A stretch of DNA of 64,000 bases, from assembly GCA_035283985.1 (NCBI GenBank), contig DATESQ010000009.1:953-64952 (forward strand). Reading direction: 5' to 3'. Position 1 is the stretch's first letter, and each line of letters begins with the position of its first letter. The translations under genes and the position numbers were made by a program. The notes beneath the pieces were generated by a model. It had not been told where the DNA came from. It was given only the letters and a program-made list of their open reading frames with translations, and did not search any database. Below are positions 18,549-27,604 of the stretch, piece after piece. This stretch comes from Thermoplasmata archaeon (GTDB taxonomy: Archaea > Thermoplasmatota > Thermoplasmata > RBG-16-68-12).

Positions 18549-19466
18549 TTACGGTGGAAGGCGTGCCCCGCACTTTCCGCAGAAATCAAAGTCGGCGGGC
18601 ATCCCCTTCGTCCGGCACTTCGGGCACTCCCGCACGGGCGGGCCATGGAGGAACTCCGGGCTGTCCGAGCCCTCCGCGCGATAATCCGGCGTCCGTTTCT
18701 CGACGAACGCCCGCATCCCCTCGAACGGTTCCCGCGTCGCGAAGTGCAGGCTCAGCCAGTCCCGCGCATGGCCGATCGTCGCGTGCCATGCGAGGTCCTT
18801 CCAGAAGTTCACCTGCTGCTTCGTGTACCGCAAGGACTCCGGGAACTTGTCGATTAACTTGTCCGCGGCCTCACGAACCTTCGCGTCGAGCTCGGCCCGG
18901 GGCACGACCCAGTTCACGAGCCCCCATTCGAGCGCTTTCTTGGCGGACACGCGCTCGCACAGGTACAGCATCTCCCTCGCCCGACGGTCTCCGATGAGTA
19001 ATGGAAGCCACTGCGTCGCCCCGCCCGCCGCAACGGAGCCGACCTTCGTACCGACTTGGAGAAAATCGACGTCGTCCGCCGCCACGCTGAGGTCGCACGC
19101 CATATGGAGCTCGTTCCCGCCGCCTGCGCACACGCCGTTCACACGCGCGATCGTCGGCTTCCCGCAATCCCGCAGCGCATCGACCGCCTCCTGGAACACG
19201 ACCATGTACTTCCAGTAATCCCGAGGACGCTTCGTGTACACGTCCGCGTACTCCTTCACGTCCCCGCCCGTGCAGAACGCCTTGTCGCCCTCGCCCGTGA
19301 GGACGATGACGGCCACGTCGTCGTCGAACGCGGCTTGCCGAAACGCGTCCCGCATCTCTCGCAGCGTCTCGAGCGTGTACGCGTTGTGCACGTGCGGGCG
19401 CCGAATCGTCACGGTCGCGACCTTATCCTTGAGTGCGTATCCGATCTCCTTGTACTCCAATCCCAT
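18549..19466 (-). CDS. Enoyl-CoA hydratase/isomerase (crotonase) family protein with a C-terminal zinc-ribbon extension; possibly a ring-hydrolysing Oah-like enzyme
   Basis: The crotonase fold includes ATVTIRRPHVHNAYT, FCTGGDVKEY and ARVNGVCAGGGNELHMACDL. The appended ribbon is CPKCRTKGMPADFDFCGKCG. It is the last gene of the acyl-CoA operon. Confidence 0.8.
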   Translation of the reverse strand: MGLEYKEIGYALKDKVATVTIRRPHVHNAYTLETLREMRDAFRQAAFDDDVAVIVLTGEGDKAFCTGGDVKEYADVYTKRPRDYWKYMVVFQEAVDALRDCGKPTIARVNGVCAGGGNELHMACDLSVAADDVDFLQVGTKVGSVAAGGATQWLPLLIGDRRAREMLYLCERVSAKKALEWGLVNWVVPRAELDAKVREAADKLIDKFPESLRYTKQQVNFWKDLAWHATIGHARDWLSLHFATREPFEGMRAFVEKRTPDYRAEGSDSPEFLHGPPVRECPKCRTKGMPADFDFCGKCGARLPP

Positions 19467-20486
19467 TCAGATCCCTCCAGGGACGACGACCGCACGAATC
19501 AGGTCTGGCGCGGAAGACTCGAGGAGCTTCAGTGCCTCCGCGGTCCGATCGAGAGGGAACCGGTGCGTGACGAGGGCCTTCGCGTCGACCTTTCCGCGGG
19601 CGACGAGGTCGATCACCTTCGGGAAGTCCTGGAGCCCGCACCCGAGAGAGCCGAGGATTTCGATCTCCCGGAACATCACGCGGCTCGCGCTGATTGTGGC
19701 GGGAGCCTCGGAGTAGCCCACGACGACGACTCGTCCGCCGGGCCGCACGGCCTCGACGGCGGCCGCGATCGTGGCGGGCTTCCCGATGATCTCCGCGGCG
19801 ACGTCCGCGCCACCGGTGACCTGGCGAATCGCCTTGCCGAGGTCCGAGGCCTTCGATGCGTCGATCGTAGCCTTCGCGCCGAACCGCTCCGCAGCCCGGA
19901 GCTTCGGCTCTGCAACATCCACCGCCGTTACGTTCGCGCCGAGCGCGACCGCGATTTGGACCGCCGCGAGGCCGACGCCGCCGCAGCCGATGATCGCGAC
20001 GCTCTCGCCTGGTCGCACCCGCCCGCGGTTCGCTATCGCGTGGTACGCGGTCGAGACCGCATCGGAGACGACGCTGCCCTCCACGAGGGGAATCGATGAC
20101 GGCAATGGGAACGCGGCCCACGCGGGTGCGGCGATTCGTTCTGCGAACCCGCCATCTCGGTGGTTCCCGAACATCTCCATGGACGCGCACAGGGTGTTCC
20201 GCCCCTCGAGGCACGCGCGGCACCGTCCGCAGGGAAGGACGGGCGGGAGCAGGACCCGCGCGCCGGGCTTCAGCCGGTCCGAGGACGACTCCCGCACGGT
20301 CCCGCTCACCTCGTGGCCGAGGACGAGGGGCTTCGGTTTCACCGTGGGCACCCCGTGGACGTAGTGGAGGTCCGTTCGACACACGCCGCACGCGGCGACC
20401 TCGACGATCGCCTCGCCGAGCCCCATCGCGGGCTCCGGCACGTCCCGCACCTGGACCCCTGCGGAATCGAGGACCGCCGCCCTCAC
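19467..20486 (-). CDS. Zinc-dependent alcohol/hydroxyacyl dehydrogenase (MDR family)
   Basis: The motifs VAACGVCRTDLHYVHG and GHEVSGTV, and the Rossmann motif IIGCGGVGLAAVQIA, are present. A GTG start at 20486 is preceded by GGGGGAG. It overlaps the upstream gene by 4 nt. Confidence 0.8.
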   Translation of the reverse strand: MRAAVLDSAGVQVRDVPEPAMGLGEAIVEVAACGVCRTDLHYVHGVPTVKPKPLVLGHEVSGTVRESSSDRLKPGARVLLPPVLPCGRCRACLEGRNTLCASMEMFGNHRDGGFAERIAAPAWAAFPLPSSIPLVEGSVVSDAVSTAYHAIANRGRVRPGESVAIIGCGGVGLAAVQIAVALGANVTAVDVAEPKLRAAERFGAKATIDASKASDLGKAIRQVTGGADVAAEIIGKPATIAAAVEAVRPGGRVVVVGYSEAPATISASRVMFREIEILGSLGCGLQDFPKVIDLVARGKVDAKALVTHRFPLDRTAEALKLLESSAPDLIRAVVVPGGI

Positions 20487-21256
20487 CGGGCGCTCCCCCA
20501 CTGCGGCGGCCGCTTCTCAAGGAAGGCCCGCAATCCCTCGACCGCGTCGGGCGTGCGGGCGAGCTCCCGCACGTACCGGCGTTCCGCGGCCTGGAACGGG
20601 TCCCCTTCCCGCTCCTCGCGGAGCGCGCGCTTCAGCACCGCCATCGCGACGCGGCTGTGCCCGGCGAGGACCTCCGTCATCTTCTCGACCCACCCGTCGA
20701 GGGCGGCCTCCGGGACGCAGGCGGTCAGATAGCCCGCCGCCATCGCCTCCGTGGCGGGGAACGTGCGCCCGGTCGCAAGGTCGAGGAACGCGCGGCGGGG
20801 GCCGACGAGCCGTCCGTACCGGGCGACGGCGTACGGCGGAATCGCCGCGAGGCCGATCTCCGGCTGTCCGAACGTCGCGGTCTCCGCAGCGACGACGAGG
20901 TCGCAGGCCATCGCGAGCTCCATGCCGCCGCCGAGGCAGTGGCCCCGCACCGCGGCAATCGTCGGGCGGTCGAACGACTCGACCCGCCGGAGGAGCGCGT
21001 GGAACGACCGGAGCGTGTCCTCGATCCGGTCCGGGAGATGGTCCTCGACCGCGACGCCTGCGGAGAACGCTTGGGGCGTCCCCCGGAGGACGAGGACCCG
21101 CCACTCGTTTCGGGCCTCAAGGGACTCCACGGCGGCGTCCATGGACCGGAGGAGCGCGAGGTCGAGGATGTTCAGGCGGGGACGATTGAGTGTGACGGTG
21201 GCGATTCCGTCCCGGACTTCCGTCGTGATTTCAGACGGGTCGACGGTGCGCGTCAC
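20483..21256 (-). CDS. Enoyl-CoA hydratase (258 aa, Dch-like size)
   Basis: The crotonase motifs are IATVTLNRP, FSAGVAVEDH and AAVRGHCLGGGMELAMACDLVVAAE. A GTG start at 21256 has GGAG 7 nt upstream. The first half of the 551-aa ORF is Arg-rich alternate-frame artefact. Confidence 0.8.
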   Translation of the reverse strand: MTRTVDPSEITTEVRDGIATVTLNRPRLNILDLALLRSMDAAVESLEARNEWRVLVLRGTPQAFSAGVAVEDHLPDRIEDTLRSFHALLRRVESFDRPTIAAVRGHCLGGGMELAMACDLVVAAETATFGQPEIGLAAIPPYAVARYGRLVGPRRAFLDLATGRTFPATEAMAAGYLTACVPEAALDGWVEKMTEVLAGHSRVAMAVLKRALREEREGDPFQAAERRYVRELARTPDAVEGLRAFLEKRPPQWGSAR

Positions 21257-22053
21257 GCGGGCGCTCCTGCCAGCCGCTTCGCGAGTCGCTGCTGTCCGAG
21301 GAGGGTCGCACCGAGCGCACCCGCGAGAGGCGTATCCGCCGAGACGTTCAGCGGTCGCCCGAGCCGGAGCTCGAGCGCGTGGACCATGGCGGGGTTCCGC
21401 GCGAGCCCGCCGGTCAGGGTGACCTCGCCGTCCCCGCCGACCTGGCGGAGGAGCGCGAGGACGCGGTCCGCGATCGAGAGGTGCGCGCCCATCAGGATGT
21501 CCTCCGCCGGCTTGCCCTGGCTGACGTGGTTGATCACCTCGGACTCTGCGAGGACCGCGCAGATGCTGCTGATCGGCTGCGGGTCCTTCGAGCGGAGCGC
21601 AACCGCTGGGAGCTCCTCGAGCGGGATGTCGAGCGCGCGAGCGACGCGTTCGAGGAACTTCCCCGCGCCCGCCGCGCATCGGTCGTTCATCTTGAACCGC
21701 ATCACATGGCCCCGGTCGTCCATCCGCACCGCGCGCGAGCTCTGGGCGCCGATGTCCAGGATGCACCGGGTGGCGGGGAACAGGAACCGCGCACCCCGCG
21801 CGTGGCACGTGACCTCCGTGATCTGGAGGTCGCGGTCCGGCAGCTGGTAGCGGCCGTATCCCGTCGTTGCGACGTAGCGGACATCGGATGGCGCAAGTCC
21901 CGCGCGACGGATCGCCTCCGCCAACGCCTCCCGCCCGGAGGCCTCCAGGTCCACCCGAGTCTTCACCGCGGCGGTGCCGAGCACGCCCCTCTCCGGGTCG
22001 TACAGGACCGCCTTCGTCGAGCCCGCGCCGATATCCACGCCCGCGGAGATCAT
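21253..22053 (-). CDS. CoA-substrate-specific enzyme activase (BadF/BadG/BcrA/BcrD; HgdC-like ATPase with a bridging [4Fe-4S] cluster), copy 2
   Basis: The N-terminal motif MISAGVDIGAGSTKAV, plus ITEVTCHARGA and the conserved Cys, indicate the acetate/sugar-kinase-fold ATPase. It starts at the internal ATG and overlaps the upstream activase by ATGA. Confidence 0.85.
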   Translation of the reverse strand: MISAGVDIGAGSTKAVLYDPERGVLGTAAVKTRVDLEASGREALAEAIRRAGLAPSDVRYVATTGYGRYQLPDRDLQITEVTCHARGARFLFPATRCILDIGAQSSRAVRMDDRGHVMRFKMNDRCAAGAGKFLERVARALDIPLEELPAVALRSKDPQPISSICAVLAESEVINHVSQGKPAEDILMGAHLSIADRVLALLRQVGGDGEVTLTGGLARNPAMVHALELRLGRPLNVSADTPLAGALGATLLGQQRLAKRLAGAPA

Positions 22054-22871
22054 CCGCTCGCCTCCGCCACAAGTTCCGTCGGCGGTGCGCCTCGAGCCCG
22101 CTCGAGGGCGTACAGCGCCGCGCCGATCGCGCCGACATACTGCGAGAGCGGGCTCACGTTCACCTTCGTCCCGAGCTGGCCTTCGAGCGCCTGCACCATC
22201 CCGACGTTTCGCGAGACTCCGCCCGTGAACGTCACCTCCGGGGTGATCCCGACCCGCCGCATGAGGGCGATCGACCGGATTGCGATCGCGTTGTGGACGC
22301 CCCTCAGGACGTCCTCGATTTTCTCGCCGCGGGCCATGTGGGACATGATCTCCGACTCGACGAAGACCGTGCACACGTTCGTGATTCGCAGAGGTTTCGC
22401 AGCCTTCAGGGAGATCGGGCCGATCTCGTCGATCGAGAGGCCCACCGCGAGCGCGGCGTTGTCCAGGAACCGCCCCGTCCCCGCCGCGCACTTGTCGTTC
22501 ATGCAGAAGTCCGTGACCTCGCCTCGCTCGTCCGCGCCAATCGCCTTCGTGTCCTGCCCGCCGATGTCCACGATTGTCCGTGTGCCGGGGAACAGGTAGT
22601 GCGCCCCCTTCGCGTGGCAGCTGATCTCGGTGATCTGCGTGTGCCCGAACGGGATCTTGAACCGGCCGTACCCGGTCCCGACGACGAACTCGACCTCGTG
22701 CTCGTCGATCTTCGCGGCCTCGATCGCCTCCTTGAACCGCCGCTGCGCGGCCTCCACGATGCTCGCGCCCGTCGGGCCGAGGGATGTCGCCGCGATCTTC
22801 CCCTCCCCGTCGAGAATGACGACCTTTGCCGTCGTCGACCCGATGTCCGCGCCCGCGACGTACACGTTCAT
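22050..22871 (-). CDS. CoA-substrate-specific enzyme activase (HgdC/BcrAD-family ATPase), copy 1
   Basis: The motifs VAGADIGSTTAKVVI, ITEISCHAKGAHYLFP, VDIGGQDTK and MNDKCAAGTGRFLD are present. Confidence 0.85.
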   Translation of the reverse strand: MNVYVAGADIGSTTAKVVILDGEGKIAATSLGPTGASIVEAAQRRFKEAIEAAKIDEHEVEFVVGTGYGRFKIPFGHTQITEISCHAKGAHYLFPGTRTIVDIGGQDTKAIGADERGEVTDFCMNDKCAAGTGRFLDNAALAVGLSIDEIGPISLKAAKPLRITNVCTVFVESEIMSHMARGEKIEDVLRGVHNAIAIRSIALMRRVGITPEVTFTGGVSRNVGMVQALEGQLGTKVNVSPLSQYVGAIGAALYALERARGAPPTELVAEASG

Positions 22872-24106
22872 CCCCCCAGGAGCCGCCGGTGGCTCAGGGA
22901 CTCGAAGAACGCGTCGATCCGGTTCTTCAGCTGGGCCTCGGAGTAGTACCGCGGGTCCGCGAGGTCCGATTCCACCATGAGGGTCGGGATCCCGTCGTTC
23001 TTGACGAGGACCTCCCGGAAATCCGCCTGGCCCACGGAGAACGACCGGCAGCTCTTTGTGGAATGGATCACGACCGCGTCCGCCTCGTACTCCTTCACGT
23101 ACCGCCGCAGGAGGTCGAGACGGAGCCCGAGATTCCAGTTCGTGTAGCAGTTCATCGCGTACCGCGCGATGCTCTCGAGCGGTTGCGCGGGATCGTGGAG
23201 AATCCCTTGGTCAAAGAGTCCGCCGACCTTCGAGTACGTCGACGCGACTCCGCAGACGCCCCACCGCTTGAACAGCTCCCAGAACGAGCGGAAGTGCGGC
23301 CACGGCGGCGGGCCCTCGAACACGACGCGGAACTTCTCCTCCGGGACGGGCCCGCGCCTCTCCTTCTGGCGAGCCCGGAGCTCCTCGAGGAGGAGCCGGT
23401 AGTACTCCACGCACCCCTCCGTCCCGCGGAGGATGTTCAGCGGAGCCATGTAGAACACCGCCTCGAAGTACGCGTCGTACGGCGACGGGTGGGACTGCGC
23501 GGTCTTCAGGGCTTCGACCCACAGCCGTTCCGCCTCCATGGACAGCTCGAGGGTCCGGCGGAGGCGACCCCGGTCGAACGGGACGCCGGAGATCCGGGCG
23601 CAAACGGTCGCGAGCTCCTCGAGCTGTGCGACAATGTAGTCCACGTCCTCCTTCGCAGCCTCCCGCTCCCGAAGGTACGGGATGTCGAGGACGAACAGCT
23701 CCGCATCGTAGAAGTGGGCGAGCGCCTCGAACCACTTCACGAACGTGTTGCACCCGGAGTAGTTGCACACGAGGAGGTCCGGCTTCGGGAGCACCCCGAA
23801 CGGGCTCTTCCGGTCGGAGAGCATCAGCCCGATGTCGTTCTTCACGTACCCGCACACGTCGCTCGAGTACCCGAGGTTCTCCGCGCGCAGGATCAGGTCC
23901 CCCGCCATCTTCTTAATCCCGCACTGGAGCGCGTTGATCTCCGGGTACACGGGGAGCATGTCGAAGCACCGCGTGAGCTCGACGACGTTCCCCGGGACGA
24001 ACATGTACGCGACCTTCCGTCCGTTCCGCCCCTCGTCGCTCAGGCTGCCGTAGTACTCGGAGAGCAGCCGCCTCTGGAGGTCCTTTCCCGCATCGCCATC
24101 GGTCAT
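22868..24106 (-). CDS. 2-hydroxyacyl-CoA dehydratase / benzoyl-CoA reductase family subunit (HGD-D; BcrB/BcrC-HgdAB-like), 412 aa
   Basis: The HGD-D family pattern includes conserved Cys-containing segments (LLVCNYSGCNTF, CNSGCVTNW). It is translationally coupled to its neighbours by 4-nt overlaps. Confidence 0.8.
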   Translation of the reverse strand: MTDGDAGKDLQRRLLSEYYGSLSDEGRNGRKVAYMFVPGNVVELTRCFDMLPVYPEINALQCGIKKMAGDLILRAENLGYSSDVCGYVKNDIGLMLSDRKSPFGVLPKPDLLVCNYSGCNTFVKWFEALAHFYDAELFVLDIPYLREREAAKEDVDYIVAQLEELATVCARISGVPFDRGRLRRTLELSMEAERLWVEALKTAQSHPSPYDAYFEAVFYMAPLNILRGTEGCVEYYRLLLEELRARQKERRGPVPEEKFRVVFEGPPPWPHFRSFWELFKRWGVCGVASTYSKVGGLFDQGILHDPAQPLESIARYAMNCYTNWNLGLRLDLLRRYVKEYEADAVVIHSTKSCRSFSVGQADFREVLVKNDGIPTLMVESDLADPRYYSEAQLKNRIDAFFESLSHRRLLGG

Positions 24107-24110
24107 GGTC

Positions 24111-25247
24111 TCACTCGAACAGGATCGATTCCACGAACGTCTCCACCTGCGTGCGCACCGTCTCGAACACGCTCATCTTCTCCTCGAACTCAATGTGGAC
24201 GTACGGGATCCCCGCCGCCTCGAGCCGCTCCTTGTACAACACCTGGTCGTACAGCGCGGGCTCGCAGAACTTCGCCGTGCAGAACACGACGCCCGTCGCG
24301 CCGATCGCCCGAATGCTCGCGGGGAGGTCATCTTGCTTCCGCCGCCCGCGGTAGTGGCTCACGGACGAGGCGGGGCTCTGCGTGACGTACGCTTCCGCGA
24401 GGGCCCGGAGCGGGTCGCCGTCCGCTGGGATCGGCTCCCGGAACCACCGGAGCCCGAGGAGGAGGTCGTCCTCGAGGACGTAGCACCCCGCCTCCTCGAT
24501 CGCGCGGATCAGGTCGATCGGCGGTTGCTCGCAGAACGCGCCGAGGAGGACGACACGGAGCCGGTCCTTCTCCTTCCGCCCCCTCCGCCTCGCGGCCGCG
24601 ACCGCGTTCCGGAGGAACTGCGTGTGCGCGTCCCGGTCCATCGTCGCCCCCGCCCGGAGCAAGAGGTAGCTCTCCCACGCGTCGAGGAGCCACGGCGTCT
24701 CCCGCCGCACGGCGAGGAGGTCTTGCGCCGCGCGGCGGTTCGCGTTGTGGGATTCGATCGCGGCCCGCAGGTCGGCCTCCGAGGCGGGACGGCCCGTCAG
24801 CCGGCTGAGCCCATTCAGAAGCCTCCGGTACTCCGCGATCGCGTAGGGCACGGCGCTCGCGCTGTCGCGGTTCTGCGGAAGGTGCAGGAACTCCACGAAC
24901 GTCTCCGGGAAGTTCCGCGACCACACCCCGGAGAGGTTCCGCGCGACGTCGCAAATCGACGGAAACACGAAGCCGTCAAGCGTGCCGAGGCGGGCGGTGA
25001 GGCCGAGCTCGAGCGTGGAGCGGGAGATCGAGCACACGAACGATTGGATACGGGAGTCTGCGTGGCTGATGTCGATCGAACCGCCCGCGCCGAAGAGCCA
25101 CACGGGCAGCGCCCCGACGGCCTGGATTAGCTCCGTGGGGACGTACACCGGGAACGCCCCGATCGCCTTCCCCGCGGGATGGCCTTCCTTCCACGTCCGC
25201 ACGGCGGAGAGCGACGTGTCCGCTACGGACTCGCGGGCGAAGGCCAT
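24111..25247 (-). CDS. 2-hydroxyacyl-CoA dehydratase / benzoyl-CoA reductase family subunit (HGD-D), 378 aa
   Basis: It is a second HGD-D paralogue (FPVYVPTELIQAVG...CDV...VVFCTAKFCEPALYD) and the first gene of the operon. Confidence 0.8.
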   Translation of the reverse strand: MAFARESVADTSLSAVRTWKEGHPAGKAIGAFPVYVPTELIQAVGALPVWLFGAGGSIDISHADSRIQSFVCSISRSTLELGLTARLGTLDGFVFPSICDVARNLSGVWSRNFPETFVEFLHLPQNRDSASAVPYAIAEYRRLLNGLSRLTGRPASEADLRAAIESHNANRRAAQDLLAVRRETPWLLDAWESYLLLRAGATMDRDAHTQFLRNAVAAARRRGRKEKDRLRVVLLGAFCEQPPIDLIRAIEEAGCYVLEDDLLLGLRWFREPIPADGDPLRALAEAYVTQSPASSVSHYRGRRKQDDLPASIRAIGATGVVFCTAKFCEPALYDQVLYKERLEAAGIPYVHIEFEEKMSVFETVRTQVETFVESILFE

Positions 25248-25299
25248 CAGCTCGTCGAGGGATGGATTGTCGTTCGCCGCAAGGCCCGGGGCTGCCGTC

Positions 25300-25345
25300 G
25301 CAACTCTCCAGTTTAGCTATGCAGTAGCTACAATATAAACACTTT
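25300..25345 (-). promoter_or_regulatory. Candidate archaeal BRE/TATA promoter of the acyl-CoA operon, with TAGCTA direct repeats
   Basis: This is the only AT-rich block in the 176-nt gap. The minus-strand sequence reads aaagtgTTTATATTgtagctactgcatagcta. The TATA element lies about 80 nt upstream of the first operon ATG. Confidence 0.3.
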
Positions 25346-25423
25346 GCAGATGCAACGAGGTATACCGGCGTATTCCCCCCCCGGGGGTCGGGTTTCAGGG
25401 CGGAGCGGCGGGAAGGACGGGGG

Positions 25424-26572
25424 CTAGCGGTTGTCGATCGGGACGTACACGGCCTCGCGGGGCCCGACGTACCAATCGAGCGGCCGCATGATCCGGTTGT
25501 CCTCCCAGTACTCGAGGATGTGTGCAACCCATCCCGAGATGCGGGAGACCGCGAAGGTTGTCGGGAACAAGTCCGGCGGAAGGCCGAGAAGCTGGTACAC
25601 GACGCCCGCGTAGTAGTCCACGTTCGGGTAGACCCCCTTGCCCCCGAGGCGGCGGACGACGGCCTCCTCGACGGCTTTCGCAACGCCGTACAGGGCCATG
25701 TCTCCCTTCCGTTCGCTCAGCTTCTTCGCGTACTCCGCGAGGATGAGGGAGCGCGGGTCCCACGTCTTGTACACGCGATGGCCGAACCCGGACACCCGGT
25801 CCCCGGAGGCGAGGGTCTTCGCGACGTACTCGTCCGCGCGATCCGGCGACCCAATCTCGAGGAGGGCCTTCACGGCCTGCTCGTTCGCCCCGCCGTGGAG
25901 CGGCCCCTTCAAGGTCGCGATCCCGGCCGCGACGCAGGAGTACAAGTCCGCGAGTGTCGAGGCCGCGACGGTCGCCGCGAACGTGCCCGCGTTCATCGAG
26001 TGGTCTGCGTGGAGCACGAGGGCGGCGTCGAGGATTCGCGACGCCACCTTGTCCGGTTTCCGGCCCATGAGCATCCGGAGATAGTCCGTCGCGGCGCTGT
26101 ACTTCGGGTTCGGCCTCACCACCCGTTGCCCGTTCCGAATCCGGTGGAACGCCGCGACGAGGGTCGGCATCTTCGCGACGAGGCGCATTCCCTTCCGGAC
26201 GTTCGCTTCCCGCGACGTCGCGTTCAGTTCCGGATCGTACGCACTCAGCGCGGAGACGGCGGTCCGCAGGGCGTCGATCGGAGTCATCGTCTTCGGCAAC
26301 TTCTTGAGAAGCGCGACGAGCTCCGCCGGTACCTCGCGATGCGAGGCGAGTTCCGCCGAGAACGGCGTCAGCTGCTCGCGGCTCGGCAATCGCCCATGCC
26401 ACAACAGGTACGTCGTCTCCTCAAACGTCGAATGGGCCGCGAGATCTCGGATGTCGTAGCCCGCGTAGAGGAGCCGCCCCGTCGTACCGTCGACGAAGCA
26501 GATGCGGGTCTCCTTCACGAAGATGTCGTCCAGGCCCTTGTCGATCCGAGGACCGCCTGTCGGAGACCCCAT
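25424..26572 (-). CDS. gltA: Citrate synthase (or 2-methylcitrate synthase)
   Basis: The motifs LHADHSMNAGTFAA, GPLHGGANE and GFGHRVYKTWDPR are present. The second ATG has GGAAGG upstream; the ORF could start at 26608. Confidence 0.85.
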   Translation of the reverse strand: MGSPTGGPRIDKGLDDIFVKETRICFVDGTTGRLLYAGYDIRDLAAHSTFEETTYLLWHGRLPSREQLTPFSAELASHREVPAELVALLKKLPKTMTPIDALRTAVSALSAYDPELNATSREANVRKGMRLVAKMPTLVAAFHRIRNGQRVVRPNPKYSAATDYLRMLMGRKPDKVASRILDAALVLHADHSMNAGTFAATVAASTLADLYSCVAAGIATLKGPLHGGANEQAVKALLEIGSPDRADEYVAKTLASGDRVSGFGHRVYKTWDPRSLILAEYAKKLSERKGDMALYGVAKAVEEAVVRRLGGKGVYPNVDYYAGVVYQLLGLPPDLFPTTFAVSRISGWVAHILEYWEDNRIMRPLDWYVGPREAVYVPIDNR

Positions 26573-26697
26573 CACAATCCTTCCATCGCATCGTTCCGAC
26601 CCGGGCACCCGGAGGTCCCCACGGTGGTGCCTACAATGAGAGCGACATCCCTCTTAGGGTTTTCGGCAAAACACGATACTCCGGCGATCCGCGTCGA

Positions 26698-27543
26698 TCA
26701 GAGCGGGAATCGCAGAATCGAGTCGACGACGATCCCGATCAGGAGTGCCCCGAGGTACGCGCTCGAGTACTTGTAGCCCGTCCACGCGGTGTCCGGGCTT
26801 GGGTGCGCGGAGAACCGCCACGTCACGACGACGAGCCCGGCCGCCGCGGCGGCCGCCACAACGACGTACGCGAGTCCGAATGCGTTTGTAAGGCCGAACG
26901 TGAGGGCGACGATCCCGACGAGGATCGACGAGCCCGCGATCGCCCGCACCGCGGTCGAGTCGGTCCGGACTGCAGGGAGCATCGGGAGCCCAGCCCGGCG
27001 GTAGTCCGACTTTTGGCGGTACGCGAGGGCCCAGAAGTGGCCCGGTGTCCAGAGGAACACGAGAAGGGCGATGAGCACGGCGGCCAGGGACACGCCACCG
27101 GACACCGCCGCAGAGCCCGCGAGGGCGGGACACGACCCCGCGAACCCGCCAATCACGATGTTGCTCTCGCTCCGCCGCTTCAGGCCAACCGTGTACACGC
27201 CGAGGTACGTCGCGACCCCAAGGGCGATGAACCCCGCCGTGAGCGGATTGTTCAGGAACCAGGCGATCGCCAGGGACGCGGTGATTAGCCCCCCTCCGAA
27301 CGCGAGGGCCTTCTCCGGGGGCTGGATCCGATGCATCGGGAGCGGCCGCCCGCGCGTCCGGTCCATCAATTCGTCGATGTCTCGGTCGATGTATGCGTTC
27401 ACGACGCTCGAGCCCGTGGACGCGAGGAAGCCCGCGACGAGGAGCGATCCCAGGGCGGACCACCCGACCGCGGCCCCGCGCGTCGCAATGAACCCGGAGA
27501 GGGCGACGAGGAGGAGAAGGCCTGCGATGCGGACCTTCATCAT
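26698..27543 (-). CDS. ctaB: Protoheme IX farnesyltransferase (heme O synthase, UbiA family)
   Basis: It is a multi-TM UbiA-fold protein with NAYIDRDIDELMDRTRGRPLP and WTPGHFWALA. It starts at the internal ATG ATG; the upstream part of the ORF is Arg/Ser-rich artefact. Confidence 0.8.
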   Translation of the reverse strand: MMKVRIAGLLLLVALSGFIATRGAAVGWSALGSLLVAGFLASTGSSVVNAYIDRDIDELMDRTRGRPLPMHRIQPPEKALAFGGGLITASLAIAWFLNNPLTAGFIALGVATYLGVYTVGLKRRSESNIVIGGFAGSCPALAGSAAVSGGVSLAAVLIALLVFLWTPGHFWALAYRQKSDYRRAGLPMLPAVRTDSTAVRAIAGSSILVGIVALTFGLTNAFGLAYVVVAAAAAAGLVVVTWRFSAHPSPDTAWTGYKYSSAYLGALLIGIVVDSILRFPL

Positions 27544-27604
27544 GGAAACGTAGTCACGGAGCACGACGGCAGGCACCCGACACGCCCAGGCGGACGTCCC
27601 GTAA

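Noticed and set aside
20483-22138. A 551-aa ORF, which could be read as one large protein
   Set aside because: Its N-terminal 290 aa are Arg/Gly/Pro-rich, typical of an alternate frame of a high-GC coding region (here the activase on the same strand). Only the C-terminal 258 aa form a genuine enoyl-CoA hydratase with its own GTG and ribosome-binding site.
21253-22491. A 412-aa ORF extending the second activase upstream
   Set aside because: The first 146 aa are Arg-rich artefact overlapping the upstream activase in another frame. The ATPase motif starts at the internal Met (22053), which overlaps the upstream stop by ATGA.
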